Notes: generated by a model not told the origin, from the letters alone. Shown: positions 9,158 to 18,528, numbered from the stretch's first letter. The stretch: DNA of 43,882 nt from Clostridia bacterium (GCA_017505165.1 JAFVPU010000138.1:1-43882); one strand, 5' to 3'. A program made the numbers and translations.

Positions 9158-9667
9158 ATGAATAAGACAAAGAAAGGATTGTTGATGGCAGGTTCTATCC
9201 TTGAAATAATTACCGCATGTTTATTTGTTGGTCTTGGGATTTTGTTTATCTGCGCAACAGGTTTTGTTGATTTTGATGTTATCAAAGAAATTTTGACAGA
9301 AGAAGGGATTTCTCATACTGAAAATGATATCAATGATATATTAAAATATGGAAAAATTGCATGTATTATAATTGGGATTCTTACAATCATTGGTGCGATT
9401 GCACTTGGTGCAGTTTCAATCAATCTTCTCAATAAAACAAAGAAAAATATATACAGCAAAAAGCTTAATATAACATTATTAGTTCTCTCAATTTTGATTA
9501 GTGATATGTTGGTTATGGCATTTATGATTGCTTGTCTTGTGATCAAAGATGAAAAGCCAACTCTTGAAAATATCAAAGAAATAGGAGAAGAACATAATAT
9601 CACTGCAGATGTGTCTTCAGAAAATATCGACGAAGCGGTTGAAGACATTAAAGATGAAGAAAAATAG
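9158..9667 (+). CDS. hypothetical membrane protein with acidic C-terminus
   Basis: Four hydrophobic segments. AGGAGG SD and a TTGACA-17-TAAAAT promoter. Confidence 0.55.
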   Translation: MNKTKKGLLMAGSILEIITACLFVGLGILFICATGFVDFDVIKEILTEEGISHTENDINDILKYGKIACIIIGILTIIGAIALGAVSINLLNKTKKNIYSKKLNITLLVLSILISDMLVMAFMIACLVIKDEKPTLENIKEIGEEHNITADVSSENIDEAVEDIKDEEK

Positions 9668-9687
9668 TGGTTTTAATCAAAAGCAAC

Positions 9688-9718
9688 AAAAAACTCAACA
9701 AATCGGTTGAGTTTTTTA
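9688..9718. terminator. bidirectional intrinsic terminator
   Basis: CTCAAC / GTTGAG stem flanked by an A-run and a T-run, between convergent genes. Confidence 0.7.
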
Positions 9719-9720
9719 TT

Positions 9721-10191
9721 TTATTTAATTTTTTCAATTTTGTATTGCATAACACCAGCTGGAGTTTTAATGATTGCGATTTCGCCTGCTTTTTTGTTCA
9801 TAAGGCCAGCACCGATAGGAGAGATGTTGCTGATGAGACCGTTCATAGGGTCAGAATCTGTGTCTCCAACGATTTTGTAAGTATATGATTGTTTTGTTTT
9901 AACATTTGAAATAACAACTTCACAACCAATGCAAACCTTGCTACGTGAAACTTTCTTAGGGTCTATGATTTCTGCATTTTTGAGCTTTGTTTCCAATTCA
10001 AAAATTTCAGTCTCAACACTAGACTGTTCATCACGAGCAATGTCATATTCACTATTTTCGCTCAAATCACCATAACTTCTTGCTTCAGCAATTTTGTTGG
10101 CAACTTCTTGACGCTTGACTGTCTTCAAGTATTCGAGCCTACTTTTTGTTTTTTCATATCCTTCTTTAGTCATAAATTGTTTTTCTTCCAT
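9721..10191 (-). CDS. greA: transcription elongation factor GreA
   Basis: MTKEGYEKTKSRLEYLKTVKRQEVANKIAEARSYGDLSENSEYDIARDEQ is the GreA coiled-coil signature. AAAGGAG SD before ATG 10191. The track ORF is extended upstream. Confidence 0.9.
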   Translation of the reverse strand: MEEKQFMTKEGYEKTKSRLEYLKTVKRQEVANKIAEARSYGDLSENSEYDIARDEQSSVETEIFELETKLKNAEIIDPKKVSRSKVCIGCEVVISNVKTKQSYTYKIVGDTDSDPMNGLISNISPIGAGLMNKKAGEIAIIKTPAGVMQYKIEKIK

Positions 10192-10344
10192 AATATATTC
10201 TCCTTTTAGGTTTGTTTGGCATAATAAATAATTGCAATAGGATATTCCTACCACAATTATGCGATTATATTCAATTTTCGTTGCTTTTATTCCTTTTTTG
10301 CAACATTGTTATTATATATACTAAAAATGTTGTTGTCAAGTGTT

Positions 10345-11256
10345 TTAGTCAATTTTCAAAGCAGTTTCAAAAGTTTTCTTCACAAAATTGTCTCCGTCTA
10401 TACCAACACATAGGCCAGATTCTGATTTTGTAAGAGCATCTACTGCAATAATTCCGGCTGAATAGCCATATTTTCTGTCAAAAGCACTTGGTGTTCCGCC
10501 ACGTTGAATATATCCTAATATATGCGGTCTGAATTGAATTCGTGTTTTTTCTTGTAATGTTTTTGCAAGTTCGACGGTGTCAACATTATCTTCCAATACT
10601 AAAACAACCGGTTGAACATGATTTCCATCACAATGTTCTTTGATTTGTTTTGCCAATTTATCTGTATCAACCTTCTTTGTTTTGATCACGAACTTGGTGT
10701 GTATTGCGAGGGCAGTATCTTTGATCAATCTATCACAGGTGTTGCCCATAATTTTAATAACAGCGCCATAGTTGAAGGATGACAAACTATCAATAATTGC
10801 ATCTGTAGCATTGACGATATTGTTTGTTGCTGTATCAAATCCAAGAGTATATGAAAAATTCATATCATTATCAATGGTTGCAGGAATTGATATTATTTTA
10901 ACTCCTGCTTTCTTGAGTTTGATGGCTCCTTTTGTTGTTCCGTCGCCACCAATAATTATCAATCCGTCAATTTCATTAATCCTTAAGTTGTCAACGGCTT
11001 TATTCAAATTTGCAGTACGCAAAAATCTTTGACTTCTTGAACATTTGATAATGCTTCCGCCACGATTAAGTCGACCATCAAACATATCGAAAGTGGTCAG
11101 TTTGAAATTATTGTCAATGAGTCCATCGAATCCGCCCATAACGGCATATAAATTGATTTTCTTTTCTTGACAGGCATAAAAAGCTCCGAACAAAGCAGAG
11201 TTCATTCCAGGTGCATCACCACCGCTTGTGAGAATTGCTAAATTTTTAACTTTCAT
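10345..11256 (-). CDS. pfkA: ATP-dependent 6-phosphofructokinase
   Basis: LTSGGDAPGMN, IIGGDGT, TIDND and YIQRGG motifs. GGGGGA SD before ATG 11256. Confidence 0.85.
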   Translation of the reverse strand: MKVKNLAILTSGGDAPGMNSALFGAFYACQEKKINLYAVMGGFDGLIDNNFKLTTFDMFDGRLNRGGSIIKCSRSQRFLRTANLNKAVDNLRINEIDGLIIIGGDGTTKGAIKLKKAGVKIISIPATIDNDMNFSYTLGFDTATNNIVNATDAIIDSLSSFNYGAVIKIMGNTCDRLIKDTALAIHTKFVIKTKKVDTDKLAKQIKEHCDGNHVQPVVLVLEDNVDTVELAKTLQEKTRIQFRPHILGYIQRGGTPSAFDRKYGYSAGIIAVDALTKSESGLCVGIDGDNFVKKTFETALKID

Positions 11257-11275
11257 ATTTCCCCCTAAATACAAG

Positions 11276-11530
11276 TTATTTTGACAAATGTTCTAGCACA
11301 AATCTGTCAAAATTCACAGATTCAACAAAATCGTCTGGCTTGAAAACACACATATTGAAAAGATTGAAGTCATGTACGTGTTTATCAAGCAAAACGGGTG
11401 TTGGGATATTGAGATTCTGACACAAATCTTTCAACATATCGAAAAATGTTGTTGTTTGAGCATCTACTTCAATTGTCTTGTGTTTTACTATTCTCTCGTT
11501 CGAGAGAACTTTACCCCAAATTTTTATCAT
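11276..11530 (-). CDS. hypothetical 84-aa protein upstream of pfkA
   Basis: ORF MIKIWGKVLSNERIV... The start was chosen because TTGCTT-17-TAAAAT-7 nt-ATG fits a leaderless promoter. No domain recognised. Confidence 0.45.
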   Translation of the reverse strand: MIKIWGKVLSNERIVKHKTIEVDAQTTTFFDMLKDLCQNLNIPTPVLLDKHVHDFNLFNMCVFKPDDFVESVNFDRFVLEHLSK

Positions 11531-11659
11531 ATCTTTTATTTTATGTAAATAATTAAAAAAAAGCAAATGTTTAACGTAAAAAATGCAAAAATTTAGCAAA
11601 CTTTGACTATTTATCTGTTTTTGTTTGACAAAACGAGAGTTTTTTTATATATTCATTAC

Positions 11660-12820
11660 ATGAATAATTTGGTTTCACTTAAGTATCTAGATGATTATAG
11701 ATTGTCAGCAGTAAACAATGTTGTCAAGTCTTGTTTTGCAGACCTTAATATAAGCAGAATTTTAAAACCAAGAGCAAAAGTTTTGCTGAAAGTGAATATT
11801 CCAGGACCATATGCTCCAGATCAAGCAAAAACAACTCACCCTGACATTGTGAGAGGGATTGTTGACGCTTTGACTGAAATCAATGTGTCTGTTACGGTTA
11901 TTGATAGCCCTTATGGCAAGTTTTCACAAGCAGAACTTGATAATGTCTATTTGGAAACCGGTATGCTAGGTATGGCAAACAAAACAAAATGTGCCCTGAA
12001 TCATAATTTGCATACTTATACTCAAGAAATTCCAAATGGTAACAAATTGAAATTTGTTGAACTTTTGGAAGAAGTGAAAAATGCTGATTATATTATCAAT
12101 GTGGGCAAAATAAATGTTGATGACAGATTTGGTTATCTTGGCGCTGTCAATAATATATTTGGATTTGTGCCAGGGGATAGAAAATTGCAAATTATAAACC
12201 GCTTGCCAGATATTGATAGTTATAATGAAGCATTGCTTGATATATATTCGATTTTGAAAGATAAAATAGTGTTGAATATTGTTGATGGAGTGGTTGGTCT
12301 TCAAGCCAACCATGTTCAAAAAATGTTGAGTTTCATTGCAATGAGTGAAGATATCTTTTCTATAGATGCCGCTTGTCAAGATATTATCGGTTTTGATTTC
12401 AAAAAGTCAATACTCTCTATTGCTGAAGAAAAAGGATATTTTAATTCAAATAAACCATATAAAACAATTGGAGAAAATATTGATAGATTCAAGACATCAA
12501 GTTTTGTAACAAATATGGACAATATATCATTGCATAAAGACTCAACAAGTCAACAAAAATTGATGAAGAAATATCAAACAAGAGTTTCAATTCCAGAAAA
12601 TAGATGCAAAGGATGTTCGGTTTGTTCAAAGATATGTCCGGTTGGTGCTATAAATATGAAATATGACAAGAATGGTGATTTGTTTGCCAGTGTTGATATG
12701 AAAAAGTGTATTTTCTGCAATAAATGTGTGATTTCCTGTCCATATTCGGTTATTCAACTTAAACAACCAGCAAAAGATATAAAAATAACTAAGCAAATAC
12801 ATAAACAAAAAATAAAATAA
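11660..12820 (+). CDS. DUF362 domain protein with C-terminal 2x[4Fe-4S] ferredoxin domain
   Basis: DUF362-like N-terminus (KVLLKVNIPGPYAPDQAKTTHPDIVRGIVDAL). Two clusters: CKGCSVCSKICP and CIFCNKCVISCP. TTGACA-17-TATATT-6 nt-ATG. Confidence 0.7.
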   Translation: MNNLVSLKYLDDYRLSAVNNVVKSCFADLNISRILKPRAKVLLKVNIPGPYAPDQAKTTHPDIVRGIVDALTEINVSVTVIDSPYGKFSQAELDNVYLETGMLGMANKTKCALNHNLHTYTQEIPNGNKLKFVELLEEVKNADYIINVGKINVDDRFGYLGAVNNIFGFVPGDRKLQIINRLPDIDSYNEALLDIYSILKDKIVLNIVDGVVGLQANHVQKMLSFIAMSEDIFSIDAACQDIIGFDFKKSILSIAEEKGYFNSNKPYKTIGENIDRFKTSSFVTNMDNISLHKDSTSQQKLMKKYQTRVSIPENRCKGCSVCSKICPVGAINMKYDKNGDLFASVDMKKCIFCNKCVISCPYSVIQLKQPAKDIKITKQIHKQKIK

Positions 12821-12822
12821 AA

Positions 12823-12848
12823 GAACAGAGACTAATCTCTGTTTTTTG
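12823..12848 (+). terminator. intrinsic terminator
   Basis: ACAGAGA / TCTCTGT hairpin followed by a T-run. Confidence 0.75.
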
Positions 12849-12923
12849 TTTAAAAATTTGTAGATTCCGCTCAAATAATGGAATATTTTTTTTATTTCCA
12901 CAAAAACTATTGATGGAGGGAAT

Positions 12924-13364
12924 ATGGAAAAGAAAGAAATTGAATTGTTGAACAGGATGTATCAAGATGCAACTGTTGGAACATTAGCTATCAATAAAAT
13001 ATTGAAAAAATTGAATGATGAATCATTGAAAAAACTTTTCAAAAAGCAATTTGATATGTATGAAAAGTTTGCTGATAAATGTGAAGTGTTGGCGATCAAT
13101 AATGGAGTTGAAGTTAAAGAAAACAGTTTTTTCAAGAAAATGAAACAGACAGTTATGTTGTATTTTTCGCTCTGGACAGACAAATCTCCAAGACATATTA
13201 TTGAGATGATGATTACAGGTACGGTCATGGGTATTATAGATAGTATCAAGGCTGAAAAAGACCTCAAAACAAGCAATCTGGAATTGAACAATATGGTGGC
13301 GGAATTCAAGACAATGCAAGAAGAATTTTATGAAAAATTGAAAAAACAACTCGCAAAAGTTTAA
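12924..13364 (+). CDS. hypothetical helical protein
   Basis: 146-aa ORF with a GGAGGG SD. Predicted all-helical. Family not recognised. Confidence 0.5.
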   Translation: MEKKEIELLNRMYQDATVGTLAINKILKKLNDESLKKLFKKQFDMYEKFADKCEVLAINNGVEVKENSFFKKMKQTVMLYFSLWTDKSPRHIIEMMITGTVMGIIDSIKAEKDLKTSNLELNNMVAEFKTMQEEFYEKLKKQLAKV

Positions 13365-13387
13365 AAATTTAATAATGGGAGAACATT

Positions 13388-13579
13388 ATGTTTGATGAGA
13401 CAAAAGCATATATAGAATATCTGTCAAAATTTAGGTATATAAACAGACCTAAAATGCCAAAATTTGATGTATCAACATATACTGATAATGAATACCGAAT
13501 TGCCATTCATAGAATTGAAAAAGATTTTGAGAATGTTGACGATCTATATATCACAGAAAGATATCTAAAAGGAGAATGA
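13388..13579 (+). CDS. putative antitoxin partner of MazF (non-canonical)
   Basis: 63-aa ORF with a GGGAGA SD. Its TGA stop overlaps the mazF ATG (ATGA). Acidic C-terminus. No RHH or AbrB motif visible. Confidence 0.45.
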   Translation: MFDETKAYIEYLSKFRYINRPKMPKFDVSTYTDNEYRIAIHRIEKDFENVDDLYITERYLKGE

Positions 13580-13926
13580 TGGAAGTCAATAGAGGAGATG
13601 TTTTCTATGCTGATTTGAGCCCTGTTGTAGGATGTGAACAGGGTGGTCTTCGTCCGGTTTTGGTGGTGCAAAATAATGTCGGAAATAAGTATAGCCCAAC
13701 AGTGATTATTGCGGCGATTACAAGTCAGTTAGACAAAGCAAAACTTCCCACTCATATTGAACTTAGCAAGATTCAATTTAATCTTAATAAAGACAGTGTT
13801 GTTTTGCTGGAACAGATCAGAACTTTGGACAAAAAAAGACTCAAAGATAAGGTGTGTTCGCTTGACGATATAACAATGCAAAAAGTAGACATTGCTATTA
13901 TGATTAGTCTAGGTATTACTGCCTAG
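13576..13926 (+). CDS. mazF: type II toxin PemK/MazF-family endoribonuclease
   Basis: [45 protein letters not shown] is near-identical in pattern to EndoA/MazF. Confidence 0.9.
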   Translation: MMEVNRGDVFYADLSPVVGCEQGGLRPVLVVQNNVGNKYSPTVIIAAITSQLDKAKLPTHIELSKIQFNLNKDSVVLLEQIRTLDKKRLKDKVCSLDDITMQKVDIAIMISLGITA

Positions 13927-14027
13927 TTTTTTCTCTTGTAATATTTTACAAAATTGTACAATATTTTACAAAATTACTTTACATAAAAAATCTTTTATGA
14001 TAAAATTATTTTGAATGGTAGGTGAAT

Positions 14028-15104
14028 ATGACGCAAGAAGAATTGAATGAATTAGGGATCCATTCTTTGAGGAATTTGGCAAGAAAATCAGGAGTACATT
14101 CTCCAACGACCAAGAAAAAAGAAGAATTGATTCATGAGATAATTGAAATAGATCAAGGAAGACAGCAACCCTATGTATCCAAGACAAAACAAGGTAGACC
14201 TCCAAAGCGTGATGGGATGAATCTTGGTGGATCATTGTTGCATGGCATTCCTTTCAGTGCTTTACAATCAAGTGTGGCTTTCAAGCAGACTCCAATTGAA
14301 TTCAGTTATGAAGATTTCAAGACAATTCAGGGATATGTCGAGATTGTTGAGCACAATGCAGCTCTTTTATGGATAAGAAAAGGAACAAAATATGAAAGTT
14401 GTTATATTCCGAGTTCATTTGTAGAAGCATATAATTTGATGACTGGTGATTTACTTTTAACAAAGATTAGTATGTCAGACAACCAATTGATTGTAAGTGA
14501 TATTTTCAACATCAACAATTGTCCGATAAATAAGTATAACAAGAATCGACCAAGTTATTATTCAACAAATCATATAAGTCCTGCAAACTCGATTGAATTC
14601 AAAGATTTGAATTTTTCGAATCTTGATATAAAATTTGGTCAAAATATTTATTTTTATGGCAATAACAATGAGGAAAATACAAAAATTTTGTCAGATTTGA
14701 TAAATAGTTCTAATGCTGATCAAAAAATATATATAAATACAACAATCGTTGAGAAAAATAGAAACTGTTTAGATAATCTTCAAAATGTGGAAATTTTTGC
14801 CACAGATATCACTGAAGATATCAATGTTACAAAAAGACTCATTAATATAGCATCTGAAAGAGCAAAAAGGTTATATGAGATGGATAAATCAGTAATTATT
14901 GCTGTTGATGATGTGAGTTCATTGGCTCTTGCTGGTGATGACTTGTCTTGTGCTAGAAATGTTATGTCGCTCACAAAAAATAACGGAAATGGTTCAATTG
15001 GTATCTTTGCAATTATGTCAAAAGATAACAAATTTAATATTTTTGAACGTTTGGCAGACAAGAGATTTGCAATAGAAAACAATCAATTGTTTTTGATAGA
15101 CTAA
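14028..15104 (+). CDS. Rho-derived protein: Rho_N plus RNA-binding-like domain plus degenerate RecA-like domain without Walker A
   Basis: N-terminus LNELGIHSLRNLARKSGVHSPTTKKKEELIHEII resembles Rho_N. GYVEIVEHNAALLWIR...YIPSSFVEAYNLMTGDLL resembles the Rho CSD-like domain. FGQNIYFYGNNNEENTKIL sits where GQRGLIVAPPKAGKT is expected. ASERAKRLYEMDKSVIIAVDDVSSLA matches Rho [24 protein letters not shown]. Confidence 0.6.
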   Translation: MTQEELNELGIHSLRNLARKSGVHSPTTKKKEELIHEIIEIDQGRQQPYVSKTKQGRPPKRDGMNLGGSLLHGIPFSALQSSVAFKQTPIEFSYEDFKTIQGYVEIVEHNAALLWIRKGTKYESCYIPSSFVEAYNLMTGDLLLTKISMSDNQLIVSDIFNINNCPINKYNKNRPSYYSTNHISPANSIEFKDLNFSNLDIKFGQNIYFYGNNNEENTKILSDLINSSNADQKIYINTTIVEKNRNCLDNLQNVEIFATDITEDINVTKRLINIASERAKRLYEMDKSVIIAVDDVSSLALAGDDLSCARNVMSLTKNNGNGSIGIFAIMSKDNKFNIFERLADKRFAIENNQLFLID

Positions 15105-15111
15105 TCAAATT

Positions 15112-15134
15112 AACCACCTTATAGGTGGTTTTTT
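15112..15134 (+). terminator. intrinsic terminator
   Basis: AACCACC / GGTGGTT hairpin followed by a T-run. Confidence 0.8.
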
Positions 15135-15246
15135 CACGTTAAAATACAAAAAATTTCAAATCAAAGTTGTTTTGCTATTGAAAAAATACTCAACAATTAT
15201 TGATTTTTATTTTTTTATATGATATCATATAAGCATAGAGGTAAAT

Positions 15247-18200
15247 ATGGCAAATATCACTTATAAAGAAATAAAAACAAAAAGTATCACAGATACATTG
15301 TTTTTACACATCAAAGATGGAGATGTAATAAAGTATGTTTCGATCCAAGATTTGGCTATACAAGAAGGCAAAGGTATGATTGGGATTGACAGTCTTTCTA
15401 AGCTCAAAAAAGCGAATACAGAAGGACGACTTTTCACCAAGAAAAGCAATGGGGCGAAAGATAGACAAATTGTTTTGGTAGATGCCAATTTTTATGAAAG
15501 AGAAGTTCACAATGAATTCGCAGAGAATGGATCAGGATTTTTCATTTCAACAACTATTCAAGGAAACAAGGATGTTCCTGCTGGATGTCAACGTGCATTA
15601 AGAATTAAGACTAACAGTGATGGAAAGCAAATTGGTATCAAAAAGAAAAAAGACAAAGACCATTTGGAAGAAAGGGAATATTTGTTGGTTACTCTTAGCA
15701 ATGGTGATACCAAATATCTTTCAAGAAATGAAATTGTAAGTTCAAAATCAAAAAGACCTTTTGGTGCAAGAGAGCTCTCAAATCTAGCAGATGGCAAGAA
15801 GTTTAACATAGAAGATTTGGAAGGTAATAGGATTGAAAAGGTTGATATAACTCAAGCATATATGTTTGAAAATGCAACAGTTACTGACAAGAAGTTGCCA
15901 GCGAGAGAAACTTTTGATGGTCATAGACATATTACTTTGAAAACAGATAAAAATGGTAATATTGAAGAAGAAACTGAGATAATAGACAATGTATATACAG
16001 AACAAAGATACTTGAAAGACGAAAAGAAGCCAATTATTAGAATAACCAATTACGAATCAAACAGAAATGAAAATGGCGATTTTGTAAAAGTTGTTTTTGC
16101 AGGCGAATATACAGAAACTTTGTTGGATAAAAAAGAATTATTTTTAGACAGCGGATTGACAAAACCTGTAACCAATTTTTCAGATATGGTGGGAAAAGTT
16201 TTGTTTTCAAAGTCAAATGATGATGCTACTCATTTCAGGGTTACTCAACCAATAAGTGCTATTCAGGCGAATTATACATATACAAAGAAACAGTATCTTC
16301 AAGAAACAGATAAGAAAGAAGATATTTATTCACCTAACACTTATCTTAAATTGGAAAGTGGTAGTTATGTGAAAGAAACAGAATCTGTCAGACCTATATG
16401 CTACGAATACACGAAATTGGATGAAACTCCTGAAGTTTATTTGGCAAATGTTGTTGACGCTGTAAAAGGAGATATTTCAATAATAATTCCTGCCAGTGCG
16501 GTGAAAAAGAAAAACAAGTCCGAGACTTTTAAATATGGTTATTATACTATTTCAAAAGATAAGATTTTTGGATTGAAAAAATCAAATAAAAGAATGGCAG
16601 ATTGTGATGTTATACAAACTAGTACCGAACAGGATAAGCATCAGTCATGTCAGGTTCTTCGCACTGTTCAAAAATATGATGAAACAACAAAAGAAGCAAT
16701 TCGTGTAAACAAAGCAAATATTCAAGATATATTAAAGCAAGTTGGTGATGAATTCTTAAGAGATTACAAAGAAGGTAAATATATTATCAACGAAGTTTTG
16801 AATGCAAATGGCGAATATGAAATGATTATTAGAGGCAAGAGATTTGTTTTCACAGATCATCTTGATTTACCGGATTATTCAAATGGATATTCAGAATATT
16901 CTTGTATAAAACCAGATGGGCAATATAACCTCGGTGCTGGGTTGAAAAAAAGCTTCAAGAAATGGGGCAAAAAGACTTGGGAAAGAGGATACAAAGCATA
17001 TCTCATTGGTTGGCCTTTGCTTGTGATGAGTCCTGTTCTTGGAGGATTATTTTTGGGTGCGATAGCGGCATCTGCTCTCGCTGTGCCAATTTCAGAAATT
17101 GCAAAAGCAGGAAAGGTGAATAGTGCCAATACTTTGCTTAAAGACAAAACAAAATGTGTCAGCAAGTTAAACAAAAAGGATATTTTCATAGAACTCAAAA
17201 TAGAATATGAAAAAGCGATAAAGAAAGGTAATAATTTCACAAAAGAAGATCAATCTCGCTTCCTTGAAAGAATGGAGAAGTTGGAAGCTCAAACAAGTCA
17301 ACTTGCTGGTGGAAAAACCATTGCAGACTTTGAAATCAAAGGCGGAAAGAAGACCCCAATTGATGAATCAAATATTGAGGAATATAAGATATTTAAAGTC
17401 GAAATGCAAAAAGAAGAAGCTGATCTTAAAAAATTGCTCAAAGATATGAAAAGAGGCAAAATAACAAGAGATGAGTATAATGCAAAATTCGACGAACATC
17501 AAAAGCATTTGTACAATTATGTTGCAAAAGGTGTTATCAAACCAAAAGATGAAAAATATCAAGAAATAATAGATGCTATAAATACTGTCAAAGGATTTGT
17601 TATTGCAAAACAAGGTGAAATGCCCAAGGTTAGAAAGAAAGTTAGTCAACAAAGACAAGCTGAAATCAAAGAAAGTGTTGTGGATAAAGAGTTGAAAATA
17701 GGCAAGGACTTCAAGTGCACAATAGGAAAAATCAAAAAAGAAGAAAATGACAAGATAATCAGCGATTTGATTGATGTTGCAAGTGAAACAAGAGTTAATT
17801 ATGACGAAGTTATCACACATTCATATCACTCTGGAATGAATGACGAGAAGGAAAGAAAGAAACCTCAACCAAAAGCGAAAGAGGAAGAAGCAGTTGCAAC
17901 TCATGAAGATGTTAAGACTGAAACAAAAATTGCAGGATTAGACTTTGAGATTGCTGTATACAAAGAGGTTGAAAAAGCATCAAAAACCAATCCGGGAGCA
18001 ACAGAGATATCATTTAAACCAGTTGGTGTCGTTGAGGAAACATTAAGTGCAAATTCTGTAAAGAATATCAGAAAAGCGATTAAATTATTAGAAACTGATA
18101 ATGTTAGAGAAAACGATAGAAAATTGGTCAAAAAATATATAAAAACAAATTTGGAGAATTTCCTCAATATAAAAGGATTGAAGAAAGAGCAAGAAGAAAG

Positions 18201-18312
18201 ACTCAAAAAGATAGCAGAAAGCTATAATGATGTGATTCAAAAAGAAAAAGAAGCAAAGAAACAATCTCAAGAAGAAGCAGAAAAAAATAAAGAATCAACA
18301 AGTACAAAATAA
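15247..18312 (+). CDS. large orphan protein (1021 aa) with one central hydrophobic hairpin and a K/E-rich C-terminal half
   Basis: Long uninterrupted ORF with its own promoter (TGaTATCAT) and an AGAGGT SD. The only hydrophobic stretch is AYLIGWPLLVMSPVLGGLFLGAIAASALAVPI (16996-17091). No domain recognised. Confidence 0.7.
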   Translation: MANITYKEIKTKSITDTLFLHIKDGDVIKYVSIQDLAIQEGKGMIGIDSLSKLKKANTEGRLFTKKSNGAKDRQIVLVDANFYEREVHNEFAENGSGFFISTTIQGNKDVPAGCQRALRIKTNSDGKQIGIKKKKDKDHLEEREYLLVTLSNGDTKYLSRNEIVSSKSKRPFGARELSNLADGKKFNIEDLEGNRIEKVDITQAYMFENATVTDKKLPARETFDGHRHITLKTDKNGNIEEETEIIDNVYTEQRYLKDEKKPIIRITNYESNRNENGDFVKVVFAGEYTETLLDKKELFLDSGLTKPVTNFSDMVGKVLFSKSNDDATHFRVTQPISAIQANYTYTKKQYLQETDKKEDIYSPNTYLKLESGSYVKETESVRPICYEYTKLDETPEVYLANVVDAVKGDISIIIPASAVKKKNKSETFKYGYYTISKDKIFGLKKSNKRMADCDVIQTSTEQDKHQSCQVLRTVQKYDETTKEAIRVNKANIQDILKQVGDEFLRDYKEGKYIINEVLNANGEYEMIIRGKRFVFTDHLDLPDYSNGYSEYSCIKPDGQYNLGAGLKKSFKKWGKKTWERGYKAYLIGWPLLVMSPVLGGLFLGAIAASALAVPISEIAKAGKVNSANTLLKDKTKCVSKLNKKDIFIELKIEYEKAIKKGNNFTKEDQSRFLERMEKLEAQTSQLAGGKTIADFEIKGGKKTPIDESNIEEYKIFKVEMQKEEADLKKLLKDMKRGKITRDEYNAKFDEHQKHLYNYVAKGVIKPKDEKYQEIIDAINTVKGFVIAKQGEMPKVRKKVSQQRQAEIKESVVDKELKIGKDFKCTIGKIKKEENDKIISDLIDVASETRVNYDEVITHSYHSGMNDEKERKKPQPKAKEEEAVATHEDVKTETKIAGLDFEIAVYKEVEKASKTNPGATEISFKPVGVVEETLSANSVKNIRKAIKLLETDNVRENDRKLVKKYIKTNLENFLNIKGLKKEQEERLKKIAESYNDVIQKEKEAKKQSQEEAEKNKESTSTK

Positions 18313-18375
18313 ACTTTATAAAGTTGTGAAATTTGATTGACAAAATAATTTTATAACTATATAATTGTTATAATC

Positions 18376-18528
18376 CAATGAGTGAAGTGGCGATTCACTG
18401 GGAGATATTGAAAAGATATCCGTTCCTCTTGACGTAATAAGAAATTAAGGTGGGATTATCCAATTAGGGTGGAACCGCGGTAAGTAGATTTATCGTCCCT
18501 ATGCAATTAGTTTGCATAGGGATTTTTT
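18376..18528 (+). promoter_or_regulatory. T-box leader (glycine-type, short form) with terminator
   Basis: AATTAGGGTGGAACCGCGG (18462-18480) matches the T-box core. Terminator CCCTATGCA / TGCATAGGG plus a T-run at 18497-18528. TTGACA-17-TATAAT promoter at 18337-18365. A GGC triplet at 18389-18391 is a candidate specifier but was not assigned with certainty. Confidence 0.75.

Noticed and set aside
10741-10749. PfkA reads MGN where E. coli PfkA has the conserved MGR, and LGYIQRGG instead of LGHIQRGG
   Set aside because: This rests on a by-eye alignment to a sequence recalled from memory. All other catalytic motifs are intact. Not enough to claim altered function.
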